A DNA stretch of 64,000 bases from a virus, in the IMG/VR virus record IMGVR_UViG_3300033148_004740, positions 32,001 to 96,000 of that record; one strand, 5' to 3'. The translations under genes were made by a program, and so were the position numbers. Below are positions 48,101 through 58,300 of the stretch, piece after piece. The stretch's first letter is position 1. Each line of letters starts with the position of its first letter. Below the pieces are notes generated by a model. The model was not told the origin of the DNA. It worked only from the letters and a program-made list of their open reading frames with translations, and did not search any database.

Positions 48101-51035
48101 GAGCTGACGAGAGGGCCCCTTCCTGATCGGGAGCTACGAGCACAGATTTTTTTCCAGCCTCTGTAGTACGAGAGTCAGCAGCTCGAGATTTGAGCGTGTT
48201 GATGGCTGTTTTTCTAGACTCAGGGAGAGTCTTTGATACTAGCCACTCAGCCCATTTCTTTATTCTAGTAGAAACTCTATCAGCATCACGACTGGGGCCC
48301 CCAGCAACAACATCTTCACGTATCTGTCCTGCGCGATCTGGACCAATAATTGTCCCCTCATAGACCTCTGTTAGCCAATCGTCCTCAGCCTGAAAACGCT
48401 TGTCTCCTTGTACAGTTATGATTGCAGTCTTCGCAGCATTGATTACATCGTTCCCAATCAGTTTGTCTGAGCCCTCTATCTGTGGGTTGTACAAATAGAA
48501 ATCTGGATTGATCAGGCTTGCAATACCAATGTTATACAGCCCAAGGTTCTCTAGCTCATGAGTATCTTCAAGATACTGAGCTACACGATCATAACTGTCA
48601 TCCTGCTGAAGAGCGTTAACCACTTGAGAAAGAGGAAAGTCCGGATAGGCGTTGTTCCCACCGGCAGCTGTTGAAGCAGAGATAAGCTCACGGACACTTT
48701 CGAACTGCTTCAGCTCAATCAGTTCTGAGTTGAGAATGCGATCAGCTAATTCAGAGACCTTCCCAGTAAAGAGATTCATAGCCTCCTGGCCAGGACCGAG
48801 CGAAGCAATATCATGTGTCTCTTTTGTGCGATCTGCTATTAGAGTATTTAGCTGTTCTCTTTCTTCCGAAGAAAGGTCCTCTCCCTTACCAACCTTTTCC
48901 CAGAGGCCGAGAACTAAGCCAACATTCTTTTGTGGAGCTATTACTGGCTCAAAGTTAACAACACCGGCCAGACCAGCAGTTCTGACTGGGGCACTACCAA
49001 ATCCTTTCGGAGGGGGAGTTGGACCAATCTTAACCGCAGCGCGGCGTTCTTGAATAAACGGCAAGAGGTCCTCCGCTAATCTTTTCCCAGCTACTGCATT
49101 TCCATCCACAACATTAATAAGCATAAAGGCCAGATCTGCTATTGACGACTCAGTAATCAAGTTCAAATACTTTAGAACCTCCAACATAGTGAGATGTAGA
49201 TAGAGCCCATATTGTGTAGCCGAATTAGCATAAGCATCTTCGGTTCCGTCCCGGGTCCCTCCATACCTATAGGAAGAAGCAACATCCCTGTTATATAGAT
49301 GGATAGATCCTTCGTCATCTGGGGCCAAATCACCTGCTCCAATTAGAGGGAGACCAGCAAGCCCTAAGACAGGGCCTAAGGCTGCTGCTGCAACAGACCC
49401 AAGACCTGACACTCCTACTCTAGCCTTTCCTACTATTGGAAGTTTATCTGAATCTACACTGAAGCCAGACTTTGAGTTAAAACTAAAAGCATCTGAGACA
49501 AACTCGAGAGATTGACCAAGTACGTCGAGCACAGCATTCCTTAGCTGATAGCTAGAGGTAAACGATGTTCCTGCTACCAGTTTCTCTTGGGTCTCAGGGG
49601 TGACCGGGTTGTCGACCAGAGTGAAGACTGCACTGTAGGTTCCCGGTTTACCAGGAACAGTAGAGGTGCTCATGTCCTCTACAATGAATTCTTTGAGCCC
49701 ACAGAGATTAACGAGCTCGTTACGGAGACGTATGTTCCTCATACCAGCGGGGACCTGGCGCATCTTCCTTCCCTGGCTCTCTACCATGTTGTACCAGGTA
49801 GCAAGAGCTGCAATCCCGTCCTCATGAGGAGTCAGGATAGAAAGAGAGACGATACCATCTGTGCTTCCAATGTGTTGAAAGGTTGGATAACAGTGTCCGG
49901 TCATAGGAATGGTAGCAAGTGTATTCTCGAAACTGATTGAAATTCCTGTGATAATTAGACCCATGTCATCAAAGGCAAATACTTCCTCCTTCTGCATGAG
50001 TAACTTTGACTCTGCTCCTGTTCCTTCTCCCTTTGCTGCCTCCTCTAATGTGATATCTAGCCTGTCATGCCATTCAATGATTGAACCACGCTTATCTGTT
50101 GTGACGTTCCAATCTGTTCCCTCTCCTACTAGGACACCCATAGAGGCAAGCTCTTTCTCCTTGCTTGCGATCTTTCCTCTGAGAACGCTCTTCACGTCTT
50201 CAAGACGAGGGGCTTCTTCAGGGAGATCGATAAAGGAGGAAGTATTCCAGACCTCTCTTACTGGGGCTATGTTCATGTCCAGTTGTTCTTTAACCTGGAC
50301 GATGAGAGCACCGGGCATTCCAGCAAATTCACTTGTTCCAATCGCTGGAGTGAACTGTGTATACTTCACTATCTCGCTGTCCATCTCTTTGAGGGCAGCT
50401 ATGTCGCTCCTTAGAGCATTGAACATCTTCTTAGCGACTAGCATGTACTGGCTGACAAACATCTCTGTACCAGGAGTAGAGAGGTGACCCACTTCAGCGT
50501 CTCCAGGATAGGGACCGCGCATCTGCTCAGCCTTATAGAGGAGCCTCCAAGCCTTAGAATGCTTAGGGTTCCGGACGCCCTTGGGAATGAAGATGTCCTC
50601 ACGGAAGATGAAGTCGTTAGAATAAGGGAAGTAATTGAACCAGGAAAACATTAGATTCAGTGTGAGAACATTAGTATCTGAACCAGCAGCATCAACTATC
50701 TCGAGCTGCTTGAGTGCAAGAACCATGGCTTGGTCATTCTTATCGTTGGCGAGACCTAGGACACTCTTACGGATGAAAGCATTCTCAACCCAGCAGAAGG
50801 GAGTGACGCGAATCTGGGAGACAAGGTCACGTAGCTTCTTTAGCTCATCACCTTGATCAACTATCTGAATTGTGACAGCAATATCAATCTGTGAGTATTC
50901 AGAGCTCAGCTTGATAGACGAACGGGTACGCAGAGTCGACCAGTAGTTGTTACTGGAGTTCCTCATGACCCTGATGTTCTCTGGAGGAACTACAAAGTCA
51001 ATGTCGTTGATTTGGAAACTGCCGGTATCGGTCAT
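45108..51035 (-). CDS. Baseplate hub / tail-tip fusion protein with M23 metallopeptidase (1975 aa)
   Basis: M23 zinc motifs HRGID (~47787-47801), YTHL and GNTGYSTGAHLHFEV (~47400-47445); hub-like motifs LRLGYD, TAWDVIQEM and GNPRIKPYD...VEQVVHKF. Confidence 0.75.
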   Translation of the reverse strand: MTDTGSFQINDIDFVVPPENIRVMRNSSNNYWSTLRTRSSIKLSSEYSQIDIAVTIQIVDQGDELKKLRDLVSQIRVTPFCWVENAFIRKSVLGLANDKNDQAMVLALKQLEIVDAAGSDTNVLTLNLMFSWFNYFPYSNDFIFREDIFIPKGVRNPKHSKAWRLLYKAEQMRGPYPGDAEVGHLSTPGTEMFVSQYMLVAKKMFNALRSDIAALKEMDSEIVKYTQFTPAIGTSEFAGMPGALIVQVKEQLDMNIAPVREVWNTSSFIDLPEEAPRLEDVKSVLRGKIASKEKELASMGVLVGEGTDWNVTTDKRGSIIEWHDRLDITLEEAAKGEGTGAESKLLMQKEEVFAFDDMGLIITGISISFENTLATIPMTGHCYPTFQHIGSTDGIVSLSILTPHEDGIAALATWYNMVESQGRKMRQVPAGMRNIRLRNELVNLCGLKEFIVEDMSTSTVPGKPGTYSAVFTLVDNPVTPETQEKLVAGTSFTSSYQLRNAVLDVLGQSLEFVSDAFSFNSKSGFSVDSDKLPIVGKARVGVSGLGSVAAAALGPVLGLAGLPLIGAGDLAPDDEGSIHLYNRDVASSYRYGGTRDGTEDAYANSATQYGLYLHLTMLEVLKYLNLITESSIADLAFMLINVVDGNAVAGKRLAEDLLPFIQERRAAVKIGPTPPPKGFGSAPVRTAGLAGVVNFEPVIAPQKNVGLVLGLWEKVGKGEDLSSEEREQLNTLIADRTKETHDIASLGPGQEAMNLFTGKVSELADRILNSELIELKQFESVRELISASTAAGGNNAYPDFPLSQVVNALQQDDSYDRVAQYLEDTHELENLGLYNIGIASLINPDFYLYNPQIEGSDKLIGNDVINAAKTAIITVQGDKRFQAEDDWLTEVYEGTIIGPDRAGQIREDVVAGGPSRDADRVSTRIKKWAEWLVSKTLPESRKTAINTLKSRAADSRTTEAGKKSVLVAPDQEGALSSALSTLGGMALKKITLGADLYLETIKTRPQKTMTGARGAEVAQHRFGIKDTLDHLPASSYVKPPPSLDPNADPEWGWPTSESENTHISSHFGVVRGGISTAPHRGIDIVRNGGPGNTSKLLTVLAAADGKIEVIPDKYLTYNETWGEYKESQGRDPLKLREKIRLKQHDTAVTIRLIHAGGYRTVYTHLQWPDEPMIQALSKRFYESNEPVYVKKGDPLGKVGNTGYSTGAHLHFEVRANANKTSVLPPLEVLDSEFHKSPGPIVGFDPTNESLFTKSVEQLEKDLIKTQGYSIMRAYPTFKLYFIESDEGERKKYKFDDFFGYSSVVDIEVVRNKKLPADLAIIRLTNVSGVLSNRKFQGQGRETEPRKADDTLAKESLAPGAANTGLENPIASLMLQPGIAMQLRLGYDNQPDELEKVLNGVITDVSFSPSDDIIEITCQSYGIELVQNVYGDVKEFSAGWFSAGDSSTATILEEMMAAPEITHFGRWDPADPKDKSRALLTNKWEIIPTPADDNIFAPTGNSGLNGLYDNTVYKLYRATAWDVIQEMTLRHPGWIAYPVPYDDVWGARMTLFFGLPNQLYFARKPTGKEDRAYDSVSKFVDKSVDALEEVTDATKANQSLSKRVKAIVTGKAKTVDDDLREVVVNRALLQMSKDRGIIKPFRNYHVLTSTQHIIHNDIKSTSWNTFNICTVQYEDDEPSPDEKTQSLKLDEAETFTLRVDDAIPDEEKREMFASYPNCIGEEAAKRYAQSLLKESMGYGYRGSIIIIGNPRIKPYDICYVLDEYNDMFGPIEVEQVVHKFSQQHGFITEITPCMCVHVNEVTTMASMDAMGLIAEHALNKIGLRSLPGVSTGGHTVFVPGLGLPNPLAAKGLANSFAQSSESVSFGALATTLAKTAIVGAVRHNFIGTFILDKLLTRSQLAHPLRFSPLVLQGKPMLGGVPTRSNKGSFAQSVARWSSRTRATSPLYAEHLYDKINPNNWFRPQGSFSAWLTGTER

Positions 51036-51041
51036 GCGCTC

Positions 51042-54000
51042 CTACCCGAATATCTTGTCAGCCATAGTGTATGGATTGTTGCTAGACCTACTGTCCCTGA
51101 CGTTTAGATTAACAGAACTTCCACCACCCGTCATCCCCGATATAGAGGAGGCCAGGCTAGATGGAGTCACCATGAAGTTGGATCGAGCTCGAACATGTGC
51201 TCGTGTACGAGGAGGACCAGCCAAATGTACAGCATTCTGATGCATCATACCAGGGGCAGAAGGAGAACCCATCTGGGCAGAGACCTGCATATCGTCTTGC
51301 TTCATGCGACCAGCTCCCTTTCCTCTATTCAGACTCACTCGTGTCTGCATCCCTCGTCCTGAGCCTACAGTCTCATTAGGAGAAGAGAGAGCAAGGGACA
51401 GAGCGATAGCACCAGCAAGGCCATAGCCAATAGGCTTATGGTGACGGATCATCCCGCGCCCTGCCTTGCCTAGCAAGTTCTCTATCGTCCCTCGAGCCCC
51501 AACAGCTTCTCCCATTGCGTGACCACCAGAGAAGCTCACAGTCTGTAGGAACTGCTTAATCGCACCAGGCTGGAACAATCGTCCACCAGTGCCACTGATC
51601 AGCTGAGCCTTAGCGAGCTCTCCAGATTTTTCAAACTTGTGTAGTGACGACATGAGTCCCTTAGCGGTTCCCTCTACGTCAATGCCACTTAGTTTGTTTC
51701 CAAGACTAAAGCCCAAAGCCTTCTCTGCGTCACGAGCTCCAGAGATAGCCAGGTCCTGACTCAATAGCTTTTGGCCAGCGGTCCCCGGCTTAACAATCTC
51801 GTTGATCTCTCCGATTAGAGAGGTGGCATCCCGCTGAGTAAATGAGCGACGGATAGCTTCCATCTGTGCTTCAAAGGAAAGGGTCTTCTCTCCAGCAATA
51901 TGTTTACCAGAGATAGGTGTCTGTTCTAACCACTCGAGCAGGAACTGAGCATCAGCTAATTTCTTCCCTTTCATATGCTGGAGGGAAGCTCTGCGGGCTG
52001 TAGTCAATTCAGTGGAGAGGAAGGGGACCTCGCGTTGAGTAATCCCCAGCTTTGCGATATCTCCATATACGTTCTTCTCTATTTGTGCCAAGGTCATAGC
52101 CCCTGCGCTCTTCTTAGCCTTAACTAGCTGTAGCCTCATCTGATGCTGAGCATAGGCAACCTGGTATTCGTTACCAGCCATTTGGTTAAAGTGGGCCAGC
52201 TGTTTAGCTGACTTAGGGCTAACCAAGAATGCAGACAAGGCATCAGCGTCTTTATCAGCTGCCATACCTAACATAGGAGAAAGATTCATCTGGTGGACCT
52301 CTCCACCGATGTTCATGCGGACCTTCTTCTCTGCTACAGCAATACTGTCCTCGAGAGTATCTACTGCCTCAAACATTACAGGCTGTAGAGAGAAGGCCCC
52401 AATAAGTGGGTCACGAGCCACCATTCCCTGTACCTTTCCTGTGCTCTTGAACTGCTCGAACATCTCGGTAAGCTCTGAGCCATACATGCCAGTGCGTCTC
52501 ATCTCACCAAACATATTCTCGATGTGGCTCTTCGATATGCCAACAGTGTTTAGGTCAGTGGGAGTATAGTTCCCTATCTGGGAAACTGCTTTGAGGCGTC
52601 GAGAGCCAGTGACCTTTCCTCTTAGAAAGCCACCAAGGCCTTTACCAGCAGGGGCTGCTTGGCCTGCAAGCTCAGCCATTGCTTTCTTCATATAAGAGTC
52701 CATGGCCCCTGCGCCTAGATCACCAGAAGCAAAGGCTCCACCTCTCTCTGCTATACGGTGATAGACGTCAGGGAGGTAACCGGCAATCTTCCCGGTAGGT
52801 GTAGCATGCGGCTGCATAGCTGGGGTATTGACACCTGGGACAAAGACATCTGGGCGTCCCTCTCCCATCTTCATCCACCCTCCACCGCGTTCAATGAAGT
52901 TCTGGAAATCACCTCGAGAATATGGATGCTTAGAAACGTCCCAGTCAGCAGTACCAGGCATACTAATCTGGCCCTGCATAGAAGAAAGACTCTTAGTGAT
53001 ATCTTCAAAAGCAGACACTTTCTCAGGAGAGGTAATAGCAACTCGGCGAGCGAGATCATCTGCTAGTTCACTTGCAAACGGAGTGTCTCTATACGGAGCT
53101 CCTTCAAGGATATCAAACACACGAGGTTCAATATTTCCCAGGCCTCCTACGCCCTCGTGAGGTCCACCCCACGTAAGCTGAGCCCCACCAACAGCAATGC
53201 CACGGAACATTTCGCGGAAAGTCTGCGTACTGGTAACACCTGCACTGGAGGCCATTTGGTATGCTGCCTTAGCTCCAAACACTTTGGGAACAGCACCAAA
53301 GATTCGACCGAACTCCTCTCCAGTAACATTCCCGTGTCTGACAGCAAATCCCATGGCCCTCTCAACAAAAGCTTGTTGAGACTTCTGTGTACGATCCCAA
53401 GTGTGAGCAAACGACAGGGGCTTACGCATGAAGCGCTCTCCCCATGGGCCGAGATCCTTATCTAACATAGTCTGGTACATACCAGTCATGATCTGTTTGT
53501 TCAGCTTGGCCGGATCTTTTACAAGGTCATCGAAGGATGCGAGTACATCTACTGGAGCTCGCATTCCGAATCCACGGCCAGTAGAGAAACGCATCAGGTC
53601 GTCTTCAGTAAATCTAGCGAGAGCCTTTAGGTCACCAAACCACTTCTCTTGCTGACCAAGGCGACGACGATTCATCTGCCACAGTGTGACAAAGTCTCCC
53701 TTATTAACGTCTTTGAAATTCTCGATGCCCATGATGGCACCCTCTGCAGCTGAAGGGGCGGTGACCAATGCTCCAGTCTTTGCGCTCCTTCCAAGAACAG
53801 TACCTGGAGCAACAGTCTCTCCTGCACGAATTGCGTTCATTACGTCTCTGTCTACAGCAGTAAGATGAGTAGAAGTAGCATACTCTTGTTGCATGATACC
53901 TTTAACGCGAGAGCTCATAAGAGCTTCACCCTCATTAACCCCTAGTCTCTCTAACTCGCCAGCATACTTCTCTGGATCGACATAGGCTGTTGTAAGGTAA

Positions 54001-55343
54001 GGGGCAGAGGCATAAGCTTCCCGAGCTGCTGTGTCAAAGGCTCCTAGCTCAGCGACGGAGGCTGCTCGAGCTTGAGCTTCTCCTGTGTATCCCCACGCAC
54101 GAACTGCCTGTTGTGGCGACCTTCCCATTGCTGTGCGACGTGGCGTTGGGTACAAATCAGCGATGTCGAATGTTTGTGCCCGGCCCTTTGATACACCAGT
54201 TGCACCCACTCCACCAAACAGTTTCCTCTCTTCCATAATCGACATGTACTCAGCAGTCCTAGGATCTCTAGTAGAAGCTTTCCAATTGAATGGTCCCGTC
54301 TGATCAACTGCCTCTGTCGCTATTCTGATATCAACTTGCTGGCCACGAAAATCTCTGTAGCCTTGCATCCATGATGGTTCTAATCCTTCTGGCATATTGG
54401 GCAGTGTCTCTAGTTCACGGAAGATAGAAGTGCTCATCGATTTGATGGCAACATCGAGCTCACCTTGAGAACGAATGCGACCTTCTTTGAGAGCAGGCAT
54501 AATAGTTGTTTCAAATTCTCTCAGGAAATACTCATGGCGAGCCATCGACTTGTACTTGAAACCGCCTCCGTCTTGAGGCGTAGCAAGAAGAATATCAGGA
54601 GAGATATAACGAGTCTGGAGAGACTGGCCCATGAGCATGGTCCCATCACGGGTAATAGGAAGATTGAACCCTACCTCGAGCCCTCCTGCTGCTTGCCAAT
54701 GAAAACGATAGGCTTCTCCAGGAAGGCCTGGGCGTGTGATCTGTTGAGCGAGCCCCCCTGTTGCTCCAAGACCTTTTGTAATATCATTGAAATAACTAGA
54801 GACTCCGGGAATCATATCCACAGGGTTAATGGTCGAGGGCTTGAGCCTCAATTCGCGAACAGAGGAGATGTCTGGAAGGTTTCCTAGCTTGGACTGCTGC
54901 CAGCTGAGGACATCTACGTTCTCTCTGAAACGCGCGGTCACCCTCTGCATCAGGTTAGACTGGTTACGACCTACCGTCTCTCTAATAGCCGTATATACGT
55001 CCTGAGGATTCTTATAGGTTCCTAGCTTTGAGGTAAAGGACAGGAGCTTCTGCTTGGACATAGGATCTGCCGCTGCCATAGCTTGTTCCCATGCCTGTTG
55101 GGCTACCCGTGCCCCTTCCTTCTCTAGGAAGAACTTCTCCTTACCTCCCATATAGCGTAGGAAGTCAGCAACAGAAGCCTCCCCTTTAGCAGCAGAGCCT
55201 GTTCTCATAGCTCCTAGAAGAGAAGAGGTAGTACCTACTTCTGTGGTACCTGCACGGGATTGCCTTACAGCAGCCGCTACACCCGCTACAACAGGAGCAC
55301 CTATGATGGCAGACTCTAGTAGACCTGGGCCGTCATTAGCCAT
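51042..55343 (-). CDS. Single-chain two-barrel (beta/beta-prime-like) RNA polymerase-like protein, candidate virion RNAP (1433 aa)
   Basis: Ordered motifs GVNEGEALMSSRV (468), AGETVAPGTVLGR, EKWFGDLKA (K567, K573), PVDVLAS (597), FLRGKVTGS (908), NTVGISKS, ARDPLI (R977), AADKDAD (D1030/1032/1034), EQTPISGKH (Q1141-H1148). Confidence 0.75.
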   Translation of the reverse strand: MANDGPGLLESAIIGAPVVAGVAAAVRQSRAGTTEVGTTSSLLGAMRTGSAAKGEASVADFLRYMGGKEKFFLEKEGARVAQQAWEQAMAAADPMSKQKLLSFTSKLGTYKNPQDVYTAIRETVGRNQSNLMQRVTARFRENVDVLSWQQSKLGNLPDISSVRELRLKPSTINPVDMIPGVSSYFNDITKGLGATGGLAQQITRPGLPGEAYRFHWQAAGGLEVGFNLPITRDGTMLMGQSLQTRYISPDILLATPQDGGGFKYKSMARHEYFLREFETTIMPALKEGRIRSQGELDVAIKSMSTSIFRELETLPNMPEGLEPSWMQGYRDFRGQQVDIRIATEAVDQTGPFNWKASTRDPRTAEYMSIMEERKLFGGVGATGVSKGRAQTFDIADLYPTPRRTAMGRSPQQAVRAWGYTGEAQARAASVAELGAFDTAAREAYASAPYLTTAYVDPEKYAGELERLGVNEGEALMSSRVKGIMQQEYATSTHLTAVDRDVMNAIRAGETVAPGTVLGRSAKTGALVTAPSAAEGAIMGIENFKDVNKGDFVTLWQMNRRRLGQQEKWFGDLKALARFTEDDLMRFSTGRGFGMRAPVDVLASFDDLVKDPAKLNKQIMTGMYQTMLDKDLGPWGERFMRKPLSFAHTWDRTQKSQQAFVERAMGFAVRHGNVTGEEFGRIFGAVPKVFGAKAAYQMASSAGVTSTQTFREMFRGIAVGGAQLTWGGPHEGVGGLGNIEPRVFDILEGAPYRDTPFASELADDLARRVAITSPEKVSAFEDITKSLSSMQGQISMPGTADWDVSKHPYSRGDFQNFIERGGGWMKMGEGRPDVFVPGVNTPAMQPHATPTGKIAGYLPDVYHRIAERGGAFASGDLGAGAMDSYMKKAMAELAGQAAPAGKGLGGFLRGKVTGSRRLKAVSQIGNYTPTDLNTVGISKSHIENMFGEMRRTGMYGSELTEMFEQFKSTGKVQGMVARDPLIGAFSLQPVMFEAVDTLEDSIAVAEKKVRMNIGGEVHQMNLSPMLGMAADKDADALSAFLVSPKSAKQLAHFNQMAGNEYQVAYAQHQMRLQLVKAKKSAGAMTLAQIEKNVYGDIAKLGITQREVPFLSTELTTARRASLQHMKGKKLADAQFLLEWLEQTPISGKHIAGEKTLSFEAQMEAIRRSFTQRDATSLIGEINEIVKPGTAGQKLLSQDLAISGARDAEKALGFSLGNKLSGIDVEGTAKGLMSSLHKFEKSGELAKAQLISGTGGRLFQPGAIKQFLQTVSFSGGHAMGEAVGARGTIENLLGKAGRGMIRHHKPIGYGLAGAIALSLALSSPNETVGSGRGMQTRVSLNRGKGAGRMKQDDMQVSAQMGSPSAPGMMHQNAVHLAGPPRTRAHVRARSNFMVTPSSLASSISGMTGGGSSVNLNVRDSRSSNNPYTMADKIFG

Positions 55344-58300
55344 TAGAACCAGTCCCTCCTAGCTAAGCTATTGTAGTTAGGTTGTTCGTATACCTGCATT
55401 TGAACGGAATCTGTACCAGCAGGATCGAAGACTGTTCTCGTAAACACGTCTCCCTCCATCCGGTTTGTCATTAGTAACCCACTGATTCTATCATGGATTT
55501 CCCCTCGAGACAGAGTTCCCTCTCCTACAATAGGTTCAATTGCCTGATTATTAATGTAAGGCTTGTTAGCCATAGCCTGTGCTCGGCCTGGCCAGAGGTC
55601 ATACTCGTGCATATCCTCTCCCCAGTTCTGAATAACCTTTAGCTTTACGTCATCAAGGTCCACAGAAGGGTGCCACCCTACCCAGTCTGGGCCAGGAAGG
55701 GTAGATAATTGGGTCAGCAAATGGGTCTTGCGATACCAATCGCCATAGTTTTCTCCAGGTGAACGACTCTGCAGGTATGCCGAGTTCAGATCTTTGCTTG
55801 TCGGGAAGCCTTCAGTAGCAGCTTCATCGTAAATCTTGTCGATGAGCACGTCTGCTTCAGCTAATTCAGAGCCACTGAGCAGTTCATCCTTCTTCGCGCG
55901 ACGTACTTCGTCCGCAAACATGACCTTCCACTGTGCAACATACAGTGCTTTTTCGTTTCGAGGGACCATCTCAAGGATCTTGGCACGTTCAGCTTCGGTT
56001 TCTGCACCTGCAAACGCGTTGAAGTAGTCTCGATCACGTCTCGGTAGAGCTCGGAAGATGGCACTGAAGTTTCTCGTGTACGGATTCAGACCAAATAGGG
56101 TCTGGTCCTTCTGACTTTCGAACTCTCGGAGTGCTGCAGAGTCCTGATTCTCTCGAGCAATGTTAGATAGACGAGAGTATTTCACATATTTTAGGACATC
56201 AAAGTAGTCTTCGAGCTCACGACGACGTGCAATGTGACTGGGAACTCCTTCATATCCAACAGCTTGTGCCCCTAACCAGAACGATGGGCGCATGAAGTCA
56301 CGGAAAGGATGGTTCCAGAATGCATTCTCGGTTCCATAAAGCTGAGTTCTTTCATAGTGCTCAATAGCAGTACGCTGGTGAACCAGCTTAGCACCAGGAG
56401 AGATAGGTGTCATCTGGTCCAATGCAGTCTCGGCATTGTGAGACAAGGCCTCCCAGTAGCCACCGAAGTACTTTGCAAATAGGCCACTTTCTCCATCCTT
56501 GTCAGCCTTGAGTCTATTTATAGCCCCTATGATATTGGAAGAATCTTCCCCATCGTAATAAACCTTATCTCCAAAGAGCCCACCAGTAGAGGTAAGGTGC
56601 TTATATTCCTGGAACTCTACCCTAGTCTTCTTCTGCTGCAGCTGGTCCTGGGTCTGTTGGAATACCATCTCCTGACTCTCAGTCCAGCTCTCCTCCTTAC
56701 GGGCCCTATTCACCATCCTAAGATGGTCTTTATAGTTCTCTGTATAGGGAGCAACATCAGCTAGTATCTTATACTTGTGAATTAGTGGGTAGTCCTCTGG
56801 GGAAACACCTTCGAGCTCTGGGTAACGGGCCTCATAACCTCGTCCTGGGAGCCGTAGCTCGCCCTCAGGGATCTTTATATAGGGGTCACCATGTAGGAAG
56901 TCTGGAGACTTCGACCCGGGGCCTGGGAGCCATCCTGGCATCATGTTTGGAATCGGGTTGTACAGGGGGATCTGGCGACGTCTATGGGGGTACAAACGAC
57001 GGAAGGCTTCTGTAGTACCCATGAGTCCACCAAGCTCGAGGTCCCAGTAACTACGCTCAAAACCAAACATACGACGGGCACTCTCAAGCCTCTGTGTTTG
57101 GTCAAACCAGTCTGGGGTACCAGTCATCTGCTCTTTCATACTCATCATAGTAAAGCCTGGAAGACCTATCATCTCCTGTAGGCGATAGATCTGTTCACCG
57201 ACTATACCTGTTGTGTCATATGGAGTAGTGGGGACACCTCCGGGTGTCTCCCCAATCTCTGTAGCAATCCTCTGTCCGAACCTAGGAGGCTCAACTAGAG
57301 CTCCTTCTGAAGAGAGCCAGTCATCTTCGTGCATGATACGCTCAGGTTTGATAGCTCTGCCAACAGTCGCAGCAAGCAATGGTCCGACAAAGGGGACATC
57401 TTCAAGTGGCAAAGCGGAAACAGGGTATGGGCGCTCCTCATAATGTTTCTCTTCTAGGGCATAGGTGAACTCAGACTGGAACCAACGCTGGATCGGAGAC
57501 AGAGCTTCTGCGTCATCGCCCCAGATACCTTCGTTCTTTGCATCCATCCTCATGCGTGCGTACCAGTGAGGACGGAAGTAGGCAATGCGTTGTCCCTCAA
57601 AAGCTGATCGACCAAACTCCCACCAACGACCACGGCGAACAGGGACTTCCTGTGCTCCAGAGTAGATGGCTTCGAGTTCTTCAGGACTCTTCTCTGGAAT
57701 CAGAGAGCCTGGAAGGAAAGGTACGATTGATAGTGCGCCGGCAAGACCGCCGATGATACCTGCCAGCTTGACTGGACCAACCTTTCTGAACAGCTTGAAG
57801 GAGAGCTCACCTGTTCCTTCGGCAACTGGCTTCGCAATTCGACGCCAGAGATCTCCCATCTTCCCAGGGCGAGCATAGATACCAGACTCTTGAGTAAGAG
57901 AGCGACCCCACTGAGCAAGGCGAGTTTGTTTTCCATACTCAGATGCCCACTCTTCAGCTGCGGCTCGAGCTTGTACTGCAGTGGCTCCCCGGGTTTGTTC
58001 CCGAGCCATGTACCCAACCTTGAGACCATAGGCTGCGCCGGTACCGAACATGGCTCCCATCAATGGGAAGGCCATTAGTCGAGAGAAGTCTGTGCTACCA
58101 GGGGCAAGATCCTCTTGCCAATTCCTGTAGTCCTGTAGTCCAGTAGCCTGAGCAACTCGAGATGCTAGCAGGTTAGCTCTGGTGATAGCTGTGCCGGCAG
58201 CAACTGAAGTTCCCTCTTCGAGAATGGTCCCTTGAGTTAGAGCGCTCCCACTGGTCATCCAGTCCAGTGTCTGGTAACCCATGTAGGCGAGAGGAAGATA

